DNA of 60,576 nt, filler included. It is 3 parts of 3 records of this genome, joined end to end, with 100 filler letters (N's around TTAATTAATTAA, not from the genome) between each part and the next. Parts side by side here need not be neighbours in the genome. Positions count along the whole stretch, not along the records: positions 1 to 26,786 come from SRR31156797_352; 2 more parts are not named here. One strand, written 5' to 3'. The translations under genes and the position numbers were made by a program. This document shows, one piece after another, positions 1 through 9,623 of this stretch (its first letter is position 1; each line of letters begins with the position of its first letter). The notes below the pieces were generated by a model. It did not search any database. It saw nothing but the letters and a program-made list of their open reading frames with translations, and was not told the origin of the DNA.

Positions 1-24
1 ATCTGTGTTTTGCGTGGCGTTCAT
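1..24 (-). CDS. Possible 5' end of a gene running off the window start (MNATQNTD...)
   Basis: ATG on minus strand at 24 preceded by an A/T-rich Bacteroidota-like leader; only 8 codons visible. Confidence 0.3.
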
Positions 25-263
25 AGCTTTATTAATTTTTGGCTAAAGTAAAAACAAATCAGGAATCCCGGAAATCGCATCCAAAGTTTTTAAGGGTAAT
101 CGCATTAAAAAGCCGGGATAGCAAAGCATTTCAAATGAAAAGTTAAGCTGCTCCGCTTACTCAGCGGAAACTCTGCTAACTCTGAGGTTTTATTCTTTAA
201 TCGCAGAGGGAACAGAGAAGTCACAGAGTAAACAGTAAAAGAGGGATGCTGGGATTTGTAGGT

Positions 264-1760
264 TCATTTCTGAATGATCAATTCTTTTGTGATAGTATTA
301 TTTTCAAAATGAAACCTGCAGAAATACATACCGGCTGTTAAGTCGCTTACATCAACGTTTATCCGTTCCGTAATGAATGCTCCCTTCCAGGATTTTACTA
401 CTTTCCCGAACATATCAATAATTTCAAACCGGTTTATTTCAACTCCGGATTCTACACCTGAAACGCTGAATTTATCTATGGTTGGATTGGGATAGATTGT
501 AAAATCAACCTCCGCTTCTTCATTAACGGTGGTTGTTTCGGCATCAACCCTGATAAGCCAGATGTCGTAACCGCCCGCCCCGTATGAGTCAGTGAATCCG
601 CAAACAATATAGCCGCCATCGCTTGTTTGCTGCACGGACCTGCCTTGTTCATATCCATCGGCGCCAAAAACTTTTGTCCACAATGTATCGCCGGAAGAAT
701 CCGTTCTGAGAAGCCAGACATTGCTGTTTGCAGGGCCTAAGGGTTCGGCCCATCCGGTGACGATGTAACCGCCGTCGGCAGTCTGCTGTCCCGAATATCC
801 GCGCGAACCGCTGAAGTCTTTCGTCCATAAAGTATCGCCGGCAGCATCGGTTCTGATCAAAAAGATATGTGAGCCCGGACCAAATGACCAGGAAGTGCCG
901 GTAATAAAATAGCCTCCGTCAGTGGTTTGCTGAACGGAATAGCCATAATCATTATCAAACCCGCCATACGTTTTGGTCCACAATGTATCGCCGGCAGCGT
1001 CTGTCTTTAGCAGCCATACGTCATTATACCCTGCGCCAAAGGATGCCGTATATCCTGTAATGATATATCCACCATCCGTAGTCTGCCCTACGGAATAACC
1101 TTTATCAAATCCGGTTCCTCCGTAGTTTTTTGACCAAACGTAATTTCCGTCATCATCCGTTTTTATCAGCCAAAGGTCTGTCATATTGCCACTTACAGCA
1201 ATCTCACCGGTGATAATATATCCACCGTCATTGGTTTGCTGAACGCAATAACCCATCTCATTGTTTATTCCGCCAAATTCTTTTGCCCAAAGTGAGTCAC
1301 CACCTGCATTGGTCCTGATTAGCCACACCTGCAGGCCTTTGCCCTGCGAAAATACCGATCCGGTGATGATAAAACCTCCATCGGTGGTTTGTTGAACGGA
1401 ACGTCCCTCATCCACACCATTTCTTCCATACGTTTTCGTCCATAGTGTATCGCCGGCTTCATCGGTTCTGATCAGCCAAAGATTGGCAAAATTGGCACCA
1501 TAGGAGTATGTTTGTCCTGTAATGATGAAGCCGCCATCGTTGGTTTGCTGAACGGAATAGCCGTCCTCAGCCTGAACGCCGCCAAAAGTTTTTGTCCATG
1601 ACGTTTCCGGTGCCTGTGCAGATAAAGACCTGACGTTTAAGAGCAGAAACAGAAAGGTTCCGGAGAGGAAAATCAATTTGAAGAGAGGATAATATAGCCT
1701 GATATTCTTATCAGCTTTTTTACCCATGTGTTGTTTTAAAAGGTTTTTTGAGGTTTTCAT
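264..1760 (-). CDS. T9SS type A sorting-domain protein with seven ~50-aa repeats (predicted 7-blade beta-propeller)
   Basis: Signal peptide ending SLSA-Q; 7 repeats of W-T-K-x-(F/Y)-G...GYSVQQTxDGGYIITG...WL(I/L)(R/K)TD; C-terminal IYPNP...GMYF...KELI CTD. Confidence 0.85.
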   Translation of the reverse strand: MKTSKNLLKQHMGKKADKNIRLYYPLFKLIFLSGTFLFLLLNVRSLSAQAPETSWTKTFGGVQAEDGYSVQQTNDGGFIITGQTYSYGANFANLWLIRTDEAGDTLWTKTYGRNGVDEGRSVQQTTDGGFIITGSVFSQGKGLQVWLIRTNAGGDSLWAKEFGGINNEMGYCVQQTNDGGYIITGEIAVSGNMTDLWLIKTDDDGNYVWSKNYGGTGFDKGYSVGQTTDGGYIITGYTASFGAGYNDVWLLKTDAAGDTLWTKTYGGFDNDYGYSVQQTTDGGYFITGTSWSFGPGSHIFLIRTDAAGDTLWTKDFSGSRGYSGQQTADGGYIVTGWAEPLGPANSNVWLLRTDSSGDTLWTKVFGADGYEQGRSVQQTSDGGYIVCGFTDSYGAGGYDIWLIRVDAETTTVNEEAEVDFTIYPNPTIDKFSVSGVESGVEINRFEIIDMFGKVVKSWKGAFITERINVDVSDLTAGMYFCRFHFENNTITKELIIQK

Positions 1761-2103
1761 AACATTATATTTTTTGAATGAACCATTTTTGTTTCACAGT
1801 TTTGTTTTAAGAAATCATGCTGTTTATGACGTTCACAGCTTTAATATACTTCGGACTAAAATAAGAATAAATCCGGAGATTATGAAATGCTTTTTCTAAT
1901 TCACAAGGGAAATGACGCTGCCGGTTAATTAATGGTTATTCATTAAAGGTTGCTTCGGCATTACGCCTAACATTCAAAATCATAATTTTCTTTGCGCAGG
2001 TGCAAAGGATGCCGGCCGAAAGGAGGCAAGTTACGTTGGAGCCTAGCGATGACCAATTTTAACCCGATAATAGTTAACAAATAACGATTAACTCACATTT
2101 CGG

Positions 2104-2111
2104 TAACTTTG
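2104..2111 (+). promoter_or_regulatory. Bacteroidota -7 promoter element upstream of meaB
   Basis: TAACTTTG matches TAnnTTTG, 15 bp before the ATG. Confidence 0.55.
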
Positions 2112-2126
2112 CCAAAAATTTGATCC

Positions 2127-3239
2127 ATGACGCAAAAGGACAAACATCATAAATCTGCCTTACAGGTAAACGATGGCGTGGAGCAACCCGATTCCACCAG
2201 CCAGGCGGCTATTGCACGTTTTAAGAAATTCAGGCAAAAGAGCCTTACGGTAGATCAATATGTAAAGGCCATCTTATCAGGTGACCGGACCATCCTGAGC
2301 AAATCCATTACGCTGGTGGAAAGCACCAATCCGGCACACCATGAGTTGGCACAGCAAATCATCGAAAAATGCCTGCCGCACTCAGGGAAATCAATCCGGA
2401 TCGGGATCACCGGTGTGCCGGGAGTTGGGAAAAGTACTTTCATTGAAGCCATCGGGAAATATCTCACCAGCAATGATCACAAACTTGCAGTGCTTGCCAT
2501 CGACCCCAGCAGCAGCCGCACCAAAGGCAGCATCCTGGGAGACAAAACCCGAATGGAAGAACTTTCTACGGATAAAAACGCCTTTATCCGCCCTTCGCCC
2601 TCGGCAGGCTCTTTGGGTGGTGTGGCACGCAAAACCAGGGAATCGATCATTCTTTGTGAGGCATCCGGATTTGATGTGATCTTTGTGGAAACGGTGGGTG
2701 TGGGCCAGTCGGAAACGGCCGTACATTCCATGGTGGACTTTTTCCTGCTCCTGATGCTGGCTGGTGCCGGTGACGAACTCCAGGGCATCAAGCGTGGTAT
2801 CATGGAAATGGCAGATGCCATTTTTATCAACAAAGCCGACGGAGACAACATCGACAAAGCCATACGTGCCCAGGCTGAATATAAAAATGCCCTGCACCTC
2901 TTCCCGACCACACAGTCGGGGTGGATTCCGAAAGTTGGAACATGTTCAGCTAGCACAAGAACAGGCATTCAGGAAGTTTGGGAAACCATTAAATCCTTTG
3001 AGAATCATACCAAAACAAACGGATTTTTTGATCAAAAGCGGCGGGAACAGAAAAACCTGATCATGTTCGAAAGCATCAATGAACGCTTGAAAACAGATTT
3101 TTATGAAAACGATACCGTAAGGCAAAACATCGATGGCGTTATATCCAGCCTGCAGTCAAACAAGATCAGCTCATATGTAGCAGCACAAAAGTTGCTGGAC
3201 ATATACTATCAAACCAAAAAACAAACCCCGGGCCGATGA
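2127..3239 (+). CDS. meaB: Methylmalonyl-CoA mutase-associated GTPase MeaB (ArgK family)
   Basis: GITGVPGVGKST, AIDPSS, GSILGDKTRM, ETVGVGQSE, GDELQGIKRGIME, NKAD motifs. Confidence 0.95.
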   Translation: MTQKDKHHKSALQVNDGVEQPDSTSQAAIARFKKFRQKSLTVDQYVKAILSGDRTILSKSITLVESTNPAHHELAQQIIEKCLPHSGKSIRIGITGVPGVGKSTFIEAIGKYLTSNDHKLAVLAIDPSSSRTKGSILGDKTRMEELSTDKNAFIRPSPSAGSLGGVARKTRESIILCEASGFDVIFVETVGVGQSETAVHSMVDFFLLLMLAGAGDELQGIKRGIMEMADAIFINKADGDNIDKAIRAQAEYKNALHLFPTTQSGWIPKVGTCSASTRTGIQEVWETIKSFENHTKTNGFFDQKRREQKNLIMFESINERLKTDFYENDTVRQNIDGVISSLQSNKISSYVAAQKLLDIYYQTKKQTPGR

Positions 3240-3826
3240 ATTACCTGGCCCACCTCTACCTGTCGTTCGACCATGAAGAGATCATGGTTGGCAATTATAT
3301 TGCCGATTCAGTGAAAGGCAAACAGGTGAAAAACTTTGCTGAAAATATTCAAAAGGGCATTTATCTGCATCGCAGGATCGACGAATATACAGATAACCAC
3401 CCGGTTGTTGAAAAAAGTAAAGCGCGTATAAGGAATATATACAGAAAATATTCCGGTGTGGTTGTAGATATGTACTACGATCATTACCTTGCAGCAGGCT
3501 GGAGGGGATATTCAAAAACACCATTGCTGCAATTTACAAAATCAGCTTACAAAACACTTTTCAGATATTATTTTTCGCTCCCACCCCGCATGAAAAAAAT
3601 ATTGCCGGCCATGGCTATTGGCAACTGGCTGGCTTCATATGCCGATGTGGATAATATTGGTTTGGCACTTCAGGGCATGTCGCGCCGCACTACATTTGAA
3701 TCAGGCATCGAAAACGGGAAACAGCAACTGATTGAGCATTACGATGACCTTCAAGGCGATTTTGAATTGTTTTTCCCGGAACTTGTTGATTTTGTAAAAT
3801 CGCAGATGGGTACGGATTTACCATAG
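3236..3826 (+). CDS. acpH: Acyl carrier protein phosphodiesterase
   Basis: MNYLAHLYLS, GNYIADSVKG, LHRRIDEYTD, DMYYDHYLA motifs; 4-bp ATGA overlap with meaB. Confidence 0.9.
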   Translation: MNYLAHLYLSFDHEEIMVGNYIADSVKGKQVKNFAENIQKGIYLHRRIDEYTDNHPVVEKSKARIRNIYRKYSGVVVDMYYDHYLAAGWRGYSKTPLLQFTKSAYKTLFRYYFSLPPRMKKILPAMAIGNWLASYADVDNIGLALQGMSRRTTFESGIENGKQQLIEHYDDLQGDFELFFPELVDFVKSQMGTDLP

Positions 3827-4323
3827 ACATGAATTCGAAATTGGGATTTGAATAACTCAATTAAACAATACCTGTTAAAGGGAAATCATACCAAATTGAG
3901 AAACGGAGTAATGGGGTGTTGGAATAATGCAAAATGGACAATAACCATGAAAATGAACTCCATTTCTCCAATCTTCTAAAATAAAAAGATGATTGTAATA
4001 CGTTCAATATCACAGTAAAGTTCATCAGGTTATTTCGAGTTAACTTTATAAATTATTGTCATTCATACTATGACTTTGAGTCATCGTACGAATATGCCTA
4101 ACGATTGAACAAGGCCTACAGTAAGTACAAATAAATAAACAAATTCCATGGTTTAAACGAAGATCAAATTCGTAAAGCCGGCTAAGTTAGCTTTAACCTT
4201 TATTACACTGTAATAACAATTTTATTTATAAAATATCTAAATAAGGTTGACTGCAGCAATGATTAATTATACTTTTGTTCTTAGCATTATCAAAAGAGAT
4301 TAAACACTTAAAACTAAATTATT

Positions 4324-5187
4324 ATGAAGAACCTTACGCATATAGTAGTCGTTTTATTTGCGCTAATTCTTGGCGCGTCAATCTCCGCCCAGGTGATTCC
4401 AAACGGCGGATTTGAAGAATGGGAAACAAACATGTTTGGTGGTGTTCAACCGGTTGGTTGGCAAGCCATAACCAATTCTTCAGTAATATCAAATATAAAT
4501 GAGGTGTCAGGTTACGGAGGTGGCTCTGCCGCTGAGTTTCTTGCAGTTGAAATTCCAGGAGCCGGCGTTATTGCCCCGTCGCTCTTTAGCAATCCTTTCC
4601 CGGTAGACCAAAGCTACACCAAAATGAGTGGATACTTAAAAGGTGCTCCGGTGGATAATGACACACTGTTTATTCTTGCCGGTATGTACGGCGGACAAAG
4701 CGAACTTGTTGGTGCCGGCGTGGCATATGTATCACAGGAAATTGCTGATTTTACAGCATTCACGGTCAATATCTTTTACGAGTCAAAAGTGGCCCCGGAT
4801 TCATGCGTCATTACATTGATTGCCGGATCAGTTTCCAACAACGGACAGGCCAATGCGGGCACCACTTTTGCCATTGATGAACTTTCGTTGAGTGATGTAT
4901 CCGGTACATCTGATTTAAGCCCTGTATTTACGGAAATCGGGCAACCATATCCAAGCCCGGCTTATGATCACATCAAACTGCCATTCGAATTAAAACAGCC
5001 GGATCAAATTGCGGTAACTGTATTTGATGTAACAGGAAAAATGATCATTAACCAACGGCCACAAATATTCTCATCAGGCCAAAATGAATTAAATTTTGAT
5101 ATATCAAATCTGACCACCGGTACTTATATTATCTCTGTTCTTCCATCAGACGGAAGTGCTACAACCCGTAAATTTTTGGTGAGGTAA
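4324..5187 (+). CDS. Secreted T9SS type A sorting-domain protein (paralogue 1)
   Basis: Signal peptide ISA-Q; IPNGGFEEW N-terminus; C-terminal PYPSPA...VFDVTGK...GTYII...RKFLV; TACTTTTG promoter element at 4270-4277. Confidence 0.85.
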   Translation: MKNLTHIVVVLFALILGASISAQVIPNGGFEEWETNMFGGVQPVGWQAITNSSVISNINEVSGYGGGSAAEFLAVEIPGAGVIAPSLFSNPFPVDQSYTKMSGYLKGAPVDNDTLFILAGMYGGQSELVGAGVAYVSQEIADFTAFTVNIFYESKVAPDSCVITLIAGSVSNNGQANAGTTFAIDELSLSDVSGTSDLSPVFTEIGQPYPSPAYDHIKLPFELKQPDQIAVTVFDVTGKMIINQRPQIFSSGQNELNFDISNLTTGTYIISVLPSDGSATTRKFLVR

Positions 5188-5217
5188 AACAAACGTAATT
5201 CGTATTAGAAATATCTG

Positions 5218-5253
5218 CTCCTGCAATACATCCAGTTTGCAGGAGTTTTTTTT
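5218..5253 (+). terminator. Intrinsic terminator
   Basis: CTCCTGCAA/TTGCAGGAG stem followed by T8. Confidence 0.75.
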
Positions 5254-5372
5254 CTAAATGTTAACTGTATCTGTAAACTTATTGCTTTCACCACGATTTG
5301 AGAAGCGAAAATCATAATTATATTTACCTTTGTATTGATAGAAAATCGATTGGTTTACCAAATTCAATTTTT

Positions 5373-6230
5373 ATGAAACCGCGGTTATTTTTCATCATTA
5401 CAGGCATATTCTTTTCAGTGCTGATATCAGCGCAAAGCCCAATTCCCAATGCAAATTTCAATAATTGGATTACCAATGAAAGTGGAGGGCTGGTTCCTGA
5501 AGGATGGCAGGCTTATGCAAATACCTCAATGCACGCAAATGTGCTTAAAACAGCCGGTGTAGGTGGAGGATATGCTGCACAACTCAAAGCTGTTGAAATA
5601 CCGGGCAGCTTTGGAGTTGTTGCTCCGGAACTCAGCTCAGAACAATTTAATGTTAATGACCGATACAGAAGCATGGATTTTTACCTGAAAGGCACGCCCC
5701 AGGGATCCGATACATTATTTATCCTGGTGGGTATGTTAGATGCCACCCAGGAACTGATTGGTGCAGGTGTAGGTTTTATCAATTATACGGTTTATGATTT
5801 TACCCTGTTTAGCCTGGATATTTTTTATGACAGCCCTGATGTTCCTGAAACATGTTTTATAATATTTACACTTGGCAATTCATCTTTCGAAGCAACCGAA
5901 GGATCAACCTATACAGTTGACAATCTTAATCTGCAACCTGCACCCGGCTATGCTGAATTCAGCAAGGTATTTACAGAAATAGGTGATGCTTTTCCAGCCC
6001 CGGCTAGCGAATCTGTTTCGCTAGCTTTTACACTGGCTGAACCTGATAATTTGAGTGCTACCGTATTCGATATGAACGGTAGAATGGTTTATTCTCAAAA
6101 AAAACAGCTTTTCAGCAATGGTAAAAATGAAATTAAAATTGATGTGCAACATTTTCCATCAGGCAGCTACATTTTAGCAATAACCCCATCCGATGGAAAA
6201 ACTGTAACACGTAAATTAATTGTTGAATAA
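5373..6230 (+). CDS. Secreted T9SS type A sorting-domain protein (paralogue 2)
   Basis: Start moved to ATG 5373 (signal peptide MKPRLFF...ISA-Q; TACCTTTG at 5325-5332); collinear similarity to 4324-5187; CTD AFPAPA...VFDMNGR...GSYIL...RKLIV. Confidence 0.85.
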   Translation: MKPRLFFIITGIFFSVLISAQSPIPNANFNNWITNESGGLVPEGWQAYANTSMHANVLKTAGVGGGYAAQLKAVEIPGSFGVVAPELSSEQFNVNDRYRSMDFYLKGTPQGSDTLFILVGMLDATQELIGAGVGFINYTVYDFTLFSLDIFYDSPDVPETCFIIFTLGNSSFEATEGSTYTVDNLNLQPAPGYAEFSKVFTEIGDAFPAPASESVSLAFTLAEPDNLSATVFDMNGRMVYSQKKQLFSNGKNEIKIDVQHFPSGSYILAITPSDGKTVTRKLIVE

Positions 6231-6267
6231 ATGCTAAAATGCTTGCTCAAATTTGGATTGCTTTTGT

Positions 6268-6678
6268 CTAGCCATAGATGGTAATCTGCAGCCTTCTGCT
6301 CCCGCCATGATTTCTGAATTCGCAAAGATAAATGCCTTGCCATGTTCCCATGTTTAACCGTCCGTTGGTTACCGGTATGGTCAATGACGTTCCGGTTAGT
6401 GTAGCTTTGATGTGTGCCGGCATATCATCGGCACCTTCCAATGTATGTTGAAAATAAGGTTCGTGTTCCGGAACATACTTTTCAAAAAACGCCTCCATAT
6501 CGCTTCTCACGGTAGGGTCGGCATTTTCATTAATGGTAAGGCCGGCCGAAGTATGCCGTATAAAAATGTTGACCAGCCCTTTATCAGGCAGGTTTTTCAA
6601 TTGCGATTCGATATGCCGGGTTACCAGGTGAAAGCCCCGCCGGAATGAAGGCAGGCTGATTTCATATTGTTCTATCAT
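6268..6678 (-). CDS. yjbQ: YjbQ/UPF0047 family protein (secondary thiamine-phosphate synthase)
   Basis: HTSAGLTINENADPTV, HTLEGADDMPAHIK, GTWQGIYLCEFR motifs. Confidence 0.92.
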   Translation of the reverse strand: MIEQYEISLPSFRRGFHLVTRHIESQLKNLPDKGLVNIFIRHTSAGLTINENADPTVRSDMEAFFEKYVPEHEPYFQHTLEGADDMPAHIKATLTGTSLTIPVTNGRLNMGTWQGIYLCEFRNHGGSRRLQITIYG

Positions 6679-6696
6679 GGTTTAACAGTGTTTTGC

Positions 6697-6726
6697 AAAA
6701 AAAAGTCCCGTAAAAATACGGGACTT
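6697..6726 (-). terminator. Intrinsic terminator after citrate synthase
   Basis: AAGTCCCGTA/TACGGGACTT stem with an A-run (T-run on minus strand). Confidence 0.75.
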
Positions 6727-6753
6727 ATTTGATATAATTTTTTGGGTACGCAT

Positions 6754-8061
6754 CTATTTCTTTATGCCTGCAATCTGTTCAAGCATGTCTGTTGTAATTG
6801 ATTTTGGACGCTCAAGCGGATAAAGTAAGGCCCTGTCCCAAATGATATTTGCAGCAATACCTATCGACCTCCCGATGCCAAACAGTACGGTGTAAAAGTC
6901 GTATTCCGTAACACCATAGTGCCACTGGATAACACCGGTTTGTGCATCGAGGTTTGGCCATGGGTTTTTGGCTTTGCCCTGTTCTTTAAGGATAGGTGGG
7001 ACCACTTTATAGAGCATATCAACATATTTAAACAGCGGATCGTCCGCCATATGACTCAGGCAGAATTCACGCTGGATAGAATATCTCGGGTCGGTTTTCC
7101 TCAAAACAGCATGCCCGTAGCCCGGAATTACCTGGCCTGAGTTCAGCGTATCCCAAACAAATTGCTTCATCTCATCTTCTGATGGAATATCATCACCCAT
7201 TTTTTCCTTCACACCTTGCAGCCAGCGTAACACTTCCTGGTTGGCCAATCCGTGGAGAGGTCCTGCCAAACCGTTGATCATTGCAGAAATGGATTGATAA
7301 ATATCTGCTAACGTACTTGCCACAAGATGACCTGTATGCGCACTTACGTTACCACTTTCATGGTCGCTGTGAATGATAAAATGCAACCTTGCAACATCAT
7401 CATAAGGCTTCGCTTTCATCATCAGGTGAGCGAAATCCGCTCCCATATCAAGGCTTGGGTCTGATTGTGTGCGTTTTCCATCGCGGTAGAGTTTTGCATA
7501 GATGTATGATGCAATTTCAGGAAGTTTCGCCAGCAGGTTGAGGGCATCCTCGTAAGTGGGATCCCAATATTCCAGTTTGTTAATACCTGCCTCATATTTC
7601 TTGGAAAAGAACGACTCACGATGCAATGTAAGGATTGCATTGGCAAAAATGGCCATGGGGTGACTACAACATGGATATGCATCAATCACCTCGTAAACAT
7701 ACCGTGGCACAATGCGACGTTTGCGGAATTCATCCACAACATCAGATACTTCAGATTCTGTTGGGATATCACCGGTTAACAGCAGGTAAACCAGGCCTTC
7801 AACGTATGGCATTTCAGAGCCTTTAGCCTTGGGTAACTTCTCGAATACCTCAGGCAATGTGTAGCCACGATAGCGAATGCCTTCATTTGGGTCAAGATAT
7901 GATATGTCAGTAACAAGCGATTTTAGCCCACGCATACCTCCAATCACCTGTGAAATGGTTACTTGATCAACCACCACATCACCATACTCTTTTAAAAGTC
8001 TTTGGGTACGTGGACGGTGTTGTTCTATTTTTTCGCGTAGTTTTTCTTTTAGACTAGCCAT
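6754..8061 (-). CDS. gltA: Citrate (Si)-synthase, eukaryote/Geobacter-type
   Basis: GGMRG, GIRYRG, HSDHESGNVSAH, GLAGPLHGLANQEV, PGYGHAVLRKTDPR, KNPWPNLDA, LERPKS. Confidence 0.95.
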   Translation of the reverse strand: MASLKEKLREKIEQHRPRTQRLLKEYGDVVVDQVTISQVIGGMRGLKSLVTDISYLDPNEGIRYRGYTLPEVFEKLPKAKGSEMPYVEGLVYLLLTGDIPTESEVSDVVDEFRKRRIVPRYVYEVIDAYPCCSHPMAIFANAILTLHRESFFSKKYEAGINKLEYWDPTYEDALNLLAKLPEIASYIYAKLYRDGKRTQSDPSLDMGADFAHLMMKAKPYDDVARLHFIIHSDHESGNVSAHTGHLVASTLADIYQSISAMINGLAGPLHGLANQEVLRWLQGVKEKMGDDIPSEDEMKQFVWDTLNSGQVIPGYGHAVLRKTDPRYSIQREFCLSHMADDPLFKYVDMLYKVVPPILKEQGKAKNPWPNLDAQTGVIQWHYGVTEYDFYTVLFGIGRSIGIAANIIWDRALLYPLERPKSITTDMLEQIAGIKK

Positions 8062-8132
8062 TTTTCCAATTGTTTTTGTTGTTGTAAATTAACACCAGAA
8101 TGAAGATATTTGTTTGGTCAATCCCAAAAAAA

Positions 8133-9368
8133 TCAGGCTCCCAGTTTCTTCATCAGGTTTTTGTCAAGTGCGCTTAAAAAGTCTTCTGTATTCAGATAAT
8201 CTGCTTCGGTCACAGCCTTGCCGTGTATGAGCAGGGCCAGGTCTTTAGTCATTTTGCCTGATTCCACAGTTTCAATACAAACTTCTTCGAGTTTGGCGGC
8301 GAAATCCACAAGCCGGTTATTATTATCGAGTCTTCCCCGGTGGGCCAGGCCACGGGTCCATGCAAAGATAGAAGCTATCGGGTTGGTTGAGGTGGGATTT
8401 CCCAGCTGATGCATACGATAGTGGCGGGTAACAGTTCCATGGGCAGCTTCGGCTTCCATGGTTTTACCATCAGGTGTAACCAGTACGGAGGTCATCAACC
8501 CCAGTGATCCAAACCCCTGGGCTACCGTATCCGACTGAACATCGCCATCATAATTTTTGCATGCCCAAACGAAGTTTCCATCCCATTTCAAGGCTGCAGC
8601 CACCATGTCATCAATCAGCCGATGCTCATACGTAATACCGGCCTTTTCAAATTTTTCGTGGTATTCGTTGTCATAAATCTCCTGAAAAATATCCTTAAAC
8701 CGGCCGTCATACTTTTTAAGAATGGTGTTTTTGGTTGAAAGATACAGAGGCCATTTTTTGCTCAGGGCCATATTAAAACATGCATGTGCAAAACCTTTGA
8801 TCGACTCGTCGGTATTGTACATCGACATAGCCACACCATCGCCCTGGAAATCATAAACTGTATGGCTGATGGGCTCGCTGCCATCTTCAGGAGTGAAGGA
8901 TATGGTAAGTTTTCCTTTGCCTTTGGTTACAAAATCCGTGGCGCGATACTGGTCCCCAAATGCATGACGCCCTATACAGATTGGGCCTTTCCAGCCGGGA
9001 ACAAGCCTTGGCACATTTTTGATGAGAATAGGTTCACGAAAAACAGTCCCTCCAAGAATATTCCTGATGGTACCATTTGGAGATTTGTACATTTCTTTCA
9101 AATCAAATTCCTCAACCCGCTTTTCGTCCGGAGTAATTGTGGCACATTTAATTCCTACATTGTATTTTTTGATGGCCTCAGCAGCGTCAACCGTGATTTG
9201 ATCACAGGTTTCATCACGTTTTTCAATGCCCAGATCATAATACTTAATGTCGATATCCAAATATGGGAAGATTAGTTTATCCTTGATAAATTGCCAGATA
9301 ACCCGGGTCATTTCATCACCATCGAGCTCGACCACAGGATTTTGAACTTTTATTTTTTCCATTTGCAT
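8133..9368 (-). CDS. icd: NADP-dependent isocitrate dehydrogenase (type II, eukaryote-like)
   Basis: [60 protein letters not shown]; true start may be 9362. Confidence 0.97.
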   Translation of the reverse strand: MQMEKIKVQNPVVELDGDEMTRVIWQFIKDKLIFPYLDIDIKYYDLGIEKRDETCDQITVDAAEAIKKYNVGIKCATITPDEKRVEEFDLKEMYKSPNGTIRNILGGTVFREPILIKNVPRLVPGWKGPICIGRHAFGDQYRATDFVTKGKGKLTISFTPEDGSEPISHTVYDFQGDGVAMSMYNTDESIKGFAHACFNMALSKKWPLYLSTKNTILKKYDGRFKDIFQEIYDNEYHEKFEKAGITYEHRLIDDMVAAALKWDGNFVWACKNYDGDVQSDTVAQGFGSLGLMTSVLVTPDGKTMEAEAAHGTVTRHYRMHQLGNPTSTNPIASIFAWTRGLAHRGRLDNNNRLVDFAAKLEEVCIETVESGKMTKDLALLIHGKAVTEADYLNTEDFLSALDKNLMKKLGA

Positions 9369-9623
9369 TTTAGTTTATGTCTTAACACAACAAATATATC
9401 TATATATTTGAATGTGTCTATTAATTTGAGTACAAATTTAGAAAAGTGGCCTTAACTGCTAAGCAGCCGCTTCCATTTTAAGATTTATTAACGACATTAC
9501 TTTTTTTTGTGATCTCAATAATTAATGTTGGATTTTTTCCCAATATTAAAATTTTTCCAAAAAATATTACTTTCCCATTTTGAGATTGAAGTTAAAATAT
9601 TATTTTTGAAAAAAATAAATGCA

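Noticed and set aside
1900-2100. Cobalamin riboswitch upstream of meaB
   Set aside because: AAGGGAA is present but there is no GCCACTG or B12-box, and the region lies upstream of the apparent promoter
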